Positions 1 to 5,553 of a stretch of DNA of 9,657 nt are shown piece after piece; the stretch's first letter is position 1, and each line of letters starts with the position of its first letter. The notes under the pieces are model-generated. The model saw nothing but the letters and a program-made list of their open reading frames with translations, made no database searches and had not been told where the DNA came from. The DNA lies in the IMG/VR virus record IMGVR_UViG_3300029700_000120, positions 1 through 9,657 of that record; one strand, written 5' to 3'. The position numbers and the translations under genes are program-made. The DNA comes from a virus.

Positions 1-1175
1 GACATTGATGTTATCGGGCGTTCGCCTGTGGTTATAATACAATTTCGCCACGTCTTAATATTTTGTATACCACCGTCTTTTTTACCGCGTAAACGTCCTG
101 TACCCTCGCACAGACGATATATTATATCATCAAAATCCGAACGTTTATTCAGTATCTGCAATTCGTCCATACATAACGGCAGTGAATTTAAACACGCCGC
201 ATATAATTCATTACCTACATCAGTAGAATTGAATGTATAGGCATATTTACCAATAACCGGCTCAGCCCATACAGACACTGCCGCAAGTAGCGCAACCGAT
301 TTACCCGTTTCTGTATCGCCCCATAGGTGAACGAAGAACGGCAACGCTCCGAGCGGTTTTAACAGTACACTCGCAAAACTCGCCGCCATTACCATGCGAA
401 CAACTATATTACCGTTTTTGCGGTAATCTCTGATTGTTTTAAGCCATTTTTCATAACTGCCGACCTCTCTTACCGAATTAAATAACTGTCTGAAACTGTC
501 CTGTCCCTCAAACTCCAAATCTGATATATACGGTGCAAATTCTTTAAATCCTCTGCCTACCCAACCCATATGGTCACACGATTTCTTTTCGATTATTTTG
601 TCATAATTTATGCTTTCAAAATCGCTTAAAAACTGTACGAGTGCCTTTGCATTTTCTGATGTTACGCCGACACCGTATTCAGCTAATTTTACGATTTTAT
701 TCGCACTTGCAAGGTCAGAACGTGGGACGATTTTAGTTTTGTAATTTCGTCCCGGTCTACCGTAAACAAGTTGCACACTTTCAACATCAGTATCTACATT
801 TGAATATCTTGTTATCATAAATATCGGGTGTGGACACGCCGTCACTTTTTCGCTGAACTGTCCTTTAAACCTATACACTCCGTCATCAGTTGCTATCCAT
901 TCGCCTGTGTCCCACATTATTGCAGTGCCACTGAACTCCATTACGTTGCCGTAAACAATGCTTTGACCCTTTTGCGCTCTGACGTAGTTTGAAAATTGTG
1001 TTCGGAAATTAGATACTTTTAATTTCTTTGCCTTTTCCGCCATTTGTGCCACAAGCTGACCTTTGATGAACTCGTTGCCGTCAGCTTGGTCTATTATCCA
1101 TTGAAACGGTTTTGATGATATTAAAAAATCGTCCTTACTGAAATCGGGTATCGTTATTCTGTTTTCATTCTCCAT
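1..1175 (-). CDS. Phage replication NTPase, DUF927/SF3-helicase-like (primase-helicase family). The start is inside the window and the C-terminus runs off the left edge.
   Basis: This ORF is absent from the supplied track because it has no stop in the window. I translated the minus strand codon by codon from ATG 1175 (alternative in-frame ATG at 1184) down to position 3 and met no stop. An AAGGA sequence at 1185-1189 lies 9 nt upstream of ATG 1175. Motifs seen: Walker A FFVHLWGDTETGKS, Walker B-like LPLCMDELQ, and GWVGRGFKEFAPY. The family name is from motif recall only. Confidence 0.75.
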   Translation of the reverse strand, partial: MENENRITIPDFSKDDFLISSKPFQWIIDQADGNEFIKGQLVAQMAEKAKKLKVSNFRTQFSNYVRAQKGQSIVYGNVMEFSGTAIMWDTGEWIATDDGVYRFKGQFSEKVTACPHPIFMITRYSNVDTDVESVQLVYGRPGRNYKTKIVPRSDLASANKIVKLAEYGVGVTSENAKALVQFLSDFESINYDKIIEKKSCDHMGWVGRGFKEFAPYISDLEFEGQDSFRQLFNSVREVGSYEKWLKTIRDYRKNGNIVVRMVMAASFASVLLKPLGALPFFVHLWGDTETGKSVALLAAVSVWAEPVIGKYAYTFNSTDVGNELYAACLNSLPLCMDELQILNKRSDFDDIIYRLCEGTGRLRGKKDGGIQNIKTWRNCIITTGERPITSM

Positions 1176-1197
1176 AGCACCCATTCCTTAACCTATA

Positions 1198-1761
1198 TTA
1201 AAACGGCAAATCTTCTTCCGATACGTCCTCATCATCAAATCCGCTTGTATCAAATCCCGATGTACTTCCATCAAGTAGTTTATCCTGTGGAATTTCGGAC
1301 ATTTCCAATCCTTTGATACTTCTTACCGCTCTTGCCTTAGTCGCCCATTTTTTTTGACCGTTCATCAGGTATTGTTCACGTCCAAACAATACACCTATTT
1401 TCTTACCCTTAAGCGTTTTTTCGTCCCAATTCCATTCATAGCCCTCATTACTTTCTTCAATACAAGTAATCATACCTTTGAAAAACGGTAATTGTTTACC
1501 CTCGTATCCTTGTCTGAAAAGTCCTCCGTTGTTCCACTTTGCCTCCGTCCCCTTTTCTTTAATAGTTTTTGAAAATTGGTCGCTATAAAAATCCTTGTAT
1601 TCACCCTCTGCAATATCAAGTTGCAATACCAATTGTTTCTTACCGGTTTTGGCTTTAACCTCTTTTGCACCCTTGATTTCGCAGATATATTTACCTGCCG
1701 GCAATGCTCTGCTCTCACCTGTGTATGCTTGCGCCTCGTCATATCCTTGTATCTTATTCAT
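1198..1761 (-). CDS. DUF669-like phage protein with an SSB-type acidic tail (putative ssDNA-binding partner of the Sak4-like ATPase)
   Basis: The track ORF is 1198..1779. I prefer ATG 1761 (MNKIQGYDEAQAY...) because GAGGAGG at 1771-1777 lies 9 nt upstream. The C-terminus ...FDDEDVSEEDLPF resembles the acidic D-x-P-F tail of SSBs. The start overlaps the stop of the upstream ATPase gene by 8 nt. Confidence 0.7.
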   Translation of the reverse strand: MNKIQGYDEAQAYTGESRALPAGKYICEIKGAKEVKAKTGKKQLVLQLDIAEGEYKDFYSDQFSKTIKEKGTEAKWNNGGLFRQGYEGKQLPFFKGMITCIEESNEGYEWNWDEKTLKGKKIGVLFGREQYLMNGQKKWATKARAVRSIKGLEMSEIPQDKLLDGSTSGFDTSGFDDEDVSEEDLPF

Positions 1762-2383
1762 TATTCTTATCCTCCTCATTCAGTCCGTAATATTCTCTTA
1801 TTCTTTCGTCAACTGCTTTCAAATCGTTATCAATCTCTAAATCAAACATATCCATAGGCGACTTACACGTTGTATGTCCGTCTGATTGCGTTATGAAACT
1901 ATGACTTTGACCGTCAGCTTGACATAGTAAAACGATTGAAAACAGTCCCTCAACTGTCAACTGATTGTCCAACATTTTGCCGATTGTTTTCGCTTTAATT
2001 TTACCGTTTTCGGTCTGCTCGCAATGGTGCAAAAAATATACGATTGTATCATCAGGCAATCCCTCAATAATAAATGTAATCATCTTTTGAAAACGTACCG
2101 CCATATCGGTAAACTTCGCATAGCCTGTTTCTTTTGCACGATTAAACGAATCGAACGCCAACAAATATTGACTGTCGTCTATAACGTATCGCTTGTACTG
2201 CTTTTTACTTAATTCTTTGGCAATAACGTTGTATGTAGCCTTTTTTATTGAATTTAACTTCTTACGGAACGGCAACGGCTTACTTGCCACATTGAATATT
2301 AACAAATCATCTGCTTCAAAATTTCTCATACTTGCGCTTTTTCCGCTACCGCTTTCACCCATAATTAAAACAGGTATTCCCAT
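1754..2383 (-). CDS. Sak4-like core RecA-fold ATPase (AAA_24-type) recombination/annealing protein
   Basis: The track ORF begins at GTG 2392. ATG 2383 is preferred because AAGGAG at 2392-2397 lies 8 nt upstream. Walker A is at the extreme N-terminus (MGIPVLIMGESGSGKS), followed by YVIDDSQ (Walker B-like). The roughly 210-aa size and the position between Gp157-like and DUF669-like genes are typical of Sak4 modules. Confidence 0.75.
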   Translation of the reverse strand: MGIPVLIMGESGSGKSASMRNFEADDLLIFNVASKPLPFRKKLNSIKKATYNVIAKELSKKQYKRYVIDDSQYLLAFDSFNRAKETGYAKFTDMAVRFQKMITFIIEGLPDDTIVYFLHHCEQTENGKIKAKTIGKMLDNQLTVEGLFSIVLLCQADGQSHSFITQSDGHTTCKSPMDMFDLEIDNDLKAVDERIREYYGLNEEDKNNE

Positions 2384-2395
2384 ATATATCACTCC

Positions 2396-2872
2396 TTATT
2401 TTATACTCATATTGTTTCTCTCTACCAACTCTGCGTGTGGAATATCAAAACCACCCTGCAACATTCCCTTGATGACCGTTTTGTTTGGCTCAGGTTGCTT
2501 ATATGTCAACAGGTCGTTGTTGTTCTTCATTGCATAATCAATAAATTCATCATCAACTTCTACCGCCGTTGATTTTCTGTAACTTATAGCAACTTTTGAT
2601 GTACTGAACTTGTTACCGTTCAATGTTCTATTTACGAAATTCTTCAAACTTTCAGCTTTGTTTTCCAACGACTTACGGCGCTCCGCAAGCGCTTTTTCTT
2701 CTTCTCGGATAGCTTTGCTTTCAGCTATTAAATTCTTGTGCCATAGTGCCGCATTTTCGATTTTTTCTTCCTTTTGCATTTGTAGTTCTTCAAATGCTTC
2801 AAAGTCCTTTATTTCGCCCGTTTCTTCGTCAATTAAAGAAAACATTGCATTGTCTATTTCATATATGTTCAT
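2396..2872 (-). CDS. Siphovirus Gp157-family protein
   Basis: True start is ATG 2872 (MNIYEIDNAMFSLIDEETGEI...) with AGGAG at 2883-2887. It forms an ATGA start/stop overlap with the upstream gene. A coiled-coil core ...AESKAIREEEKALAERRKSLENKAESLKNF... and the synteny ahead of Sak4 match my recollection of the Gp157 family. Confidence 0.65.
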   Translation of the reverse strand: MNIYEIDNAMFSLIDEETGEIKDFEAFEELQMQKEEKIENAALWHKNLIAESKAIREEEKALAERRKSLENKAESLKNFVNRTLNGNKFSTSKVAISYRKSTAVEVDDEFIDYAMKNNNDLLTYKQPEPNKTVIKGMLQGGFDIPHAELVERNNMSIK

Positions 2873-3225
2873 CTGTTTAACTCTCCTATCTTCGCAAATT
2901 TTTCTATACAGTTTTCGCAGATAATTATATCTACGATTTCGTAGTATTTTTCGCCTACACATATAGGTTCACCGCATTCGTCGCAGGTGCATGCGACAAC
3001 ATCTTCACCGCAACTATCCCCGCCACCAGTTATTAAATTATTTTTTCTTATGGGCTGTTTTTTTAAATCATCAATTATTTTGAATATCTGCTCCTTTTCC
3101 GCCTCCGCTAATTCTTTTCTTAATTTTCTTGAGAAATTACCGTCAGTAATTCCGAGCGCGTCAGCTATTCGCCATAAATGCACCCCGTTTTCTTTTGCTT
3201 TTCTTCTGATTTCACTGTTAGCCAT
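2869..3225 (-). CDS. Phage protein with an N-terminal HTH-like segment and a C-terminal Cys-rich zinc-ribbon
   Basis: 118-aa ORF with AAAGAGG 8 nt upstream of ATG 3225. The N-terminus reads VHLWRIADALGITDGNFSRKLRK. The C-terminus reads CGEDVVACTCDECGEPICVGEKYYEIVDIIICENC. Its stop is coupled to the next gene through an ATGA overlap. Confidence 0.7.
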   Translation of the reverse strand: MANSEIRRKAKENGVHLWRIADALGITDGNFSRKLRKELAEAEKEQIFKIIDDLKKQPIRKNNLITGGGDSCGEDVVACTCDECGEPICVGEKYYEIVDIIICENCIEKFAKIGELNR

Positions 3226-3251
3226 ATTTTTAACCTCTTTAAATTCTTTTC

Positions 3252-3280
3252 TTGATTTTTATTTTATCTTGCGTTATAAT
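3252..3280 (+). promoter_or_regulatory. Sigma-A-type promoter on the plus strand, inside the intergenic gap of the minus-strand operon
   Basis: TTGATT (3252-3257), a 17-nt spacer, then TATAAT (3275-3280). Confidence 0.45.
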
Positions 3281-3286
3281 ACAAAT

Positions 3287-3353
3287 ACAGATAATTAAAT
3301 CTGTGTTTGACTTTGACCGTTTTGAGTGCCAGCTCTAACGGTCTTTTTCTTTT
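3287..3353 (+). ncRNA. Candidate ~65-nt antisense sRNA (OOP-like)
   Basis: The predicted TSS is about 3287. There is a 5' hairpin ACAGAT-N6-ATCTGT (3287-3304). An intrinsic terminator follows: GACCGTT (3315-3321) pairs with AACGGTC (3337-3343), with inner GAG/CTC pairs, then TTTTTCTTTT (3344-3353). No ORF is present. The transcript is antisense to the stop-codon end of the 3335..3505 CDS. Confidence 0.4.
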
Positions 3354-3505
3354 GTAACAATATTGATATACGGCTCACCATTATTCCACGAATGGCGTAT
3401 TTCAAAATCGGCACTACCATTAATCAATATTTTTGTGTTACTGCCAAGTGCGGTTAATATCGCGATAAATTCTTCATTATTGTAGTTCTCTACTTCGTCA
3501 TTCAT
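3335..3505 (-). CDS. Small hypothetical phage protein (56 aa)
   Basis: Below the track size cutoff. Translation: MNDEVENYNNEEFIAILTALGSNTKILINGSADFEIRHSWNNGEPYINIVTKEKDR. GGAGG at 3515-3519 lies 9 nt upstream of ATG 3505. It overlaps the upstream gene's stop by 8 nt. Confidence 0.55.
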   Translation of the reverse strand: MNDEVENYNNEEFIAILTALGSNTKILINGSADFEIRHSWNNGEPYINIVTKEKDR

Positions 3506-3794
3506 TCTCTTTCACCTCCACATTCTTTTTGACTAAATCTTTCAAATACTTCTTAACTAATCTGTAATATCTTCCTTTTACATCTTCAGTCGAAATAGTA
3601 TCCGTTGAAAATGTAAATGTTTTGATTATATTGAACGGTTCCGTTTGATATATTTCTATACATATCATAGTTGTAAATGGATTTTCATCACCTATCATAT
3701 GATACATAGCAATAGGTGCTTGCTTATGTCTTTCTGCAAATAAATTAATCTGCAAACACAAATCGTGCAATTCTGTTATTTGCTTTGCTGTCAT
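3498..3794 (-). CDS. Hypothetical phage protein (98 aa)
   Basis: Track ORF with GGAGGAG 7 nt upstream of ATG 3794. It has an ATGA overlap with the preceding small ORF. Confidence 0.7.
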   Translation of the reverse strand: MTAKQITELHDLCLQINLFAERHKQAPIAMYHMIGDENPFTTMICIEIYQTEPFNIIKTFTFSTDTISTEDVKGRYYRLVKKYLKDLVKKNVEVKENE

Positions 3795-3964
3795 TGTTTC
3801 TCTCCTCCGATAATCTTTGCGACACTCATTTCAAGCGGGTGCTTTGACTTGATACGATTTGTTATCCCGTATCCTTTTGCTATGTATGCCTTAACCGACT
3901 TGCTGTCATCGGCGTTTAAAACCACTACATCATCTCTGCCCGTCATTACTACATATTTGTTCAT
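3791..3964 (-). CDS. Small hypothetical phage protein (57 aa)
   Basis: Translation: MNKYVVMTGRDDVVVLNADDSKSVKAYIAKGYGITNRIKSKHPLEMSVAKIIGGEKQ. GAAAGGAA lies 9 nt upstream of ATG 3964. Its stop overlaps the next start (ATGA). Confidence 0.6.
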   Translation of the reverse strand: MNKYVVMTGRDDVVVLNADDSKSVKAYIAKGYGITNRIKSKHPLEMSVAKIIGGEKQ

Positions 3965-4106
3965 TTGAAAATATTCCTTTCACCGTTATTTTTTGTTTTG
4001 CGTGTCCTCTGCACTCCTTGGCGAATGCGTTAATCATCGGAAATACTTCTCTGTGGAAATATTCTTCCGTTTTCTCATTCTCTGTTTTTGGTTTTCTTTT
4101 TAGCAT
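3930..4106 (-). CDS. Possible small ORF (58 aa), doubtful
   Basis: Translation begins MLKRKPKTENEKTEEYFHREVFPMINAFAKECRGHAKQK.... It overlaps both neighbours (32 nt and 35 nt) and has only a weak AAGGGA upstream. Listed for completeness. Confidence 0.25.
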   Translation of the reverse strand: MLKRKPKTENEKTEEYFHREVFPMINAFAKECRGHAKQKITVKGIFSNEQICSNDGQR

Positions 4107-4188
4107 TCTTCCTGTCCCTTTCTGCCAATTTCCAACTTATGATTAGTCCGATACCGAAACTAATCAGTGCAATTCCTATTGTATTCAT
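4075..4188 (-). CDS. 37-aa hydrophobic/basic peptide (single predicted TM helix followed by a Lys/Arg-rich tail)
   Basis: Translation: MNTIGIALISFGIGLIISWKLAERDRKNAKKKTKNRE. Only a weak GAGAG lies 9 nt upstream. The ORF sits immediately downstream of the long hairpin at 4211-4311. Confidence 0.45.
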   Translation of the reverse strand: MNTIGIALISFGIGLIISWKLAERDRKNAKKKTKNRE

Positions 4189-4210
4189 TTGTTTTATCTC
4201 TCTTTACTTC

Positions 4211-4311
4211 CTCACAGGCACACAGGAGCCGTCCGCAAAAGGATTAAAACTCTTAGGGAAAGTCTGACTATTTTACGGATAACACGCGGACAGCCCTTGT
4301 CTGCCTGTGAG
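4211..4311. repeat. 101-bp GC-rich imperfect inverted repeat that could form a long hairpin
   Basis: CTCACAGGCA (4211-4220) pairs perfectly with TGCCTGTGAG (4302-4311). GTCCGC (4231-4236) pairs with GCGGAC (4286-4291). The intervening 10 nt pair at 8 of 10 positions on the minus-strand RNA. This gives a stem of about 26 bp around a 49-nt loop. Confidence 0.8.
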
Positions 4312-4320
4312 ATTTAATTG

Positions 4321-4509
4321 TTATGACATCTCTCGTGCCAATTTTGCAACCGAGATGTATCCATCTTTAAAATCAAAAAGTTTTTCTACTGTTGCTCTGT
4401 TTAATCCGCAGAACCTTTGAACATCTTTAACTTTTAACATTTCTTTATCGGGATAATGCGCTTTTATGCGTTCGAGATTGTCACGATACGCAGGTTTCTC
4501 TAATGCCAT
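4321..4509 (-). CDS. Small HTH DNA-binding protein (Xis/AlpA-like or early regulator), 62 aa
   Basis: The track ORF starts at TTG 4515. ATG 4509 is preferred because AGGAAG lies 8 nt upstream. The HTH-like segment is LKVKDVQRFCGLNRATVEKLF. Confidence 0.65.
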   Translation of the reverse strand: MALEKPAYRDNLERIKAHYPDKEMLKVKDVQRFCGLNRATVEKLFDFKDGYISVAKLAREMS

Positions 4510-4544
4510 TTTCAAATCTTCCTTTCTTATATTACCTACGCCGA

Positions 4545-4573
4545 TTGTATTTTCCAGTTATTTATGCTATAAT
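4545..4573 (+). promoter_or_regulatory. Extended -10 promoter, family 1 (cassette A)
   Basis: TTGTAT (4545-4550), 17-nt spacer, TGcTATAAT (4565-4573). The block 4537-4575 matches 5053-5091 at 35 of 39 positions. Confidence 0.6.
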
Positions 4574-4596
4574 CATCTCGAAAGGAGGTAATTATA

Positions 4597-4866
4597 GTGG
4601 CAAACTCTAAAATTATTACATATGATTTATGCTCACCCGGTAGAAACTACGACGACCTTTATGAGAAGATAAAGTCGTATGGAACGTGGGCACATATATG
4701 TGAATCTACATGGATTATATCGACAACTGATTCTTGTTCTGATATTCGTGATAATCTAAAATCAGTTATTGATAGTAATGACCGCTTGTTTGTTGCAGCA
4801 CTTACCGGTGGTGCTGCTTGGTCTAATGTATTATGTAAGTCAAACTGGTTAAAAGAAAATCTTTAA
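4597..4866 (+). CDS. 89-aa hypothetical protein on the lysogeny strand; the alternating pattern resembles small ferredoxin-fold (Cas2/VapD-like) proteins
   Basis: GTG start with AAAGGAGG 8 nt upstream. Sequence: ...KIITYDLCSPGRNYDDLYEKIKSYGTWAHICESTWIISTT...DRLFVAAL.... The fold suggestion is pattern recall only. Confidence 0.65.
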   Translation: MANSKIITYDLCSPGRNYDDLYEKIKSYGTWAHICESTWIISTTDSCSDIRDNLKSVIDSNDRLFVAALTGGAAWSNVLCKSNWLKENL

Positions 4867-5033
4867 CAATTTTCTACCGACACTTTTTGTGCCGGTTCTT
4901 TTTTTATGTAAATTTGCTTTACATTATCGTCTATTTCCTCCGACAATACTTTTAATATATCAGCCTTATTGTTTGAAACAACTTTCGTATAACCGTGTGT
5001 GTTATAATCCACTGATATTTTTATATCCTCCAT
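4863..5033 (-). CDS. Small hypothetical protein (56 aa)
   Basis: Translation begins MEDIKISVDYNTHGYTKVVSNNKADILKVLSEEIDDNVKQIYIKKEPAQKVSVENC. AGGAAG from the conserved junction repeat lies 7 nt upstream of ATG 5033. Its stop overlaps the stop of the 4597..4866 gene by 4 nt. Confidence 0.55.
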   Translation of the reverse strand: MEDIKISVDYNTHGYTKVVSNNKADILKVLSEEIDDNVKQIYIKKEPAQKVSVENC

Positions 5034-5038
5034 ATCAC

Positions 5039-5062
5039 CACTTCCTTTCATTTACGCTGATT
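5039..5062. repeat. 24-nt junction repeat, copy 1 (CACTTCCTTTCATTTACGCTGATT)
   Basis: Identical to 6552-6575 and matches 5483-5506 at 21 of 24 positions. A split version occurs at 4518-4526 plus 4537-4546. On the minus strand it reads AATCAGCGTAAATGAAAGGAAGTG and supplies the RBS of the leftward small ORF. Confidence 0.9.
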
Positions 5063-5089
5063 GTATTTCCCAGTTATTTGTGTTATAAT
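5061..5089 (+). promoter_or_regulatory. Extended -10 promoter, family 1 (cassette B)
   Basis: TTGTAT (5061-5066), 17-nt spacer, TGtTATAAT (5081-5089). Confidence 0.6.
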
Positions 5090-5114
5090 CACCGTAGAAA
5101 GCGAGGTGATTATA

Positions 5115-5294
5115 ATGAGTTTTACAAATTACGAAATCTGTCCACTAATGTCAACTGCTACCGATAAAGCACCCTGTTCTTCACGATGTGCTTGGTACGA
5201 TGATGAATTAGCTGAATGCGCCATTTCTCGCATAAACGGTAATACAAAATGGTTACAAGATATTAGTGAAAAACTTTCTAATTGCGGCGAGTAA
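5115..5294 (+). CDS. 59-aa Cys-containing small protein, lysogeny strand
   Basis: Translation: MSFTNYEICPLMSTATDKAPCSSRCAWYDDELAECAISRINGNTKWLQDISEKLSNCGE. GAGG lies 8 nt upstream of ATG 5115. The longer track ORF from 5061 starts inside the promoter. Confidence 0.6.
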   Translation: MSFTNYEICPLMSTATDKAPCSSRCAWYDDELAECAISRINGNTKWLQDISEKLSNCGE

Positions 5295-5475
5295 TTTTCG
5301 CTCCTCTTACCCTATTTGCATTATTATATGGTGTATTAATTTTTAGTAACGGAGTTATTCCTAATTGTTGTAGCAATTCCATTAACTCCGTTGCTTTTTT
5401 TATGCTTTCATCAAGTTTTTGATTTAACTCTGTTGTGTCTACTCCTATTTTTATAGTAACTTTTTCTTCACCCAT
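5278..5475 (-). CDS. Small hypothetical protein (65 aa)
   Basis: Translation begins MGEEKVTIKIGVDTTELNQKLDESIKKATELMELLQQLG.... AGGAAG from the junction-repeat variant lies 9 nt upstream. Its 3' end overlaps 5115..5294 by 17 nt. Confidence 0.55.
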   Translation of the reverse strand: MGEEKVTIKIGVDTTELNQKLDESIKKATELMELLQQLGITPLLKINTPYNNANRVRGAKITRRN

Positions 5476-5482
5476 TGCTTTT

Positions 5483-5506
5483 CGCTTCCTTTCATTTACG
5501 CCGTTT
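5483..5506. repeat. Junction repeat, variant copy (21 of 24 identical)
   Basis: CGCTTCCTTTCATTTACGCCGTTT aligned by eye to the 24-mer at 5039 and 6552. Confidence 0.8.
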
Positions 5507-5518
5507 TTTGTTCGTCTG

Positions 5519-5547
5519 TTGCAAAATTAACCATATTGTGCTAAAAT
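5519..5547 (+). promoter_or_regulatory. Extended -10 promoter, family 2 (drives the candidate ncRNA)
   Basis: TTGCAA (5519-5524), 17-nt spacer, TGcTAAAAT (5539-5547). The block TTTTGTTCGTCTGTTGCAA (5506-5524) matches 6089-6107 at 18 of 19 positions. Confidence 0.6.
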
Positions 5548-5553
5548 GTAATA

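Noticed and set aside
27-41. TGGTTATAATAC inside the helicase gene, similar to the -10 regions of the cassette promoters
   Set aside because: The TG is out of register for an extended -10. Only about 10 nt lie upstream before the window edge, so no -35 can be assessed. It lies within a coding region and is most likely a chance AT-rich match.
28-3968. Plus-strand track ORFs 28..240, 1576..1857, 1595..1840, 2024..2212, 2193..2537, 2610..2924, 2987..3298 and 3765..3968, plus minus-strand 1470..1742
   Set aside because: All are antisense or out-of-frame shadows of well-supported minus-strand genes. They lack RBSs and have low-complexity Phe/Leu/Ile/Ser-rich translations typical of AT-rich reverse frames.
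4516-4600. A minus-strand promoter for the Xis-like/replication genes within junction A (for example TGGAAA-17-TAATAT, created by the 10-nt insertion)
   Set aside because: Both hexamers match consensus at only 4 of 6 positions, and there is no TGn. The evidence is insufficient. The leftward genes may simply be read from the cro-side promoter.
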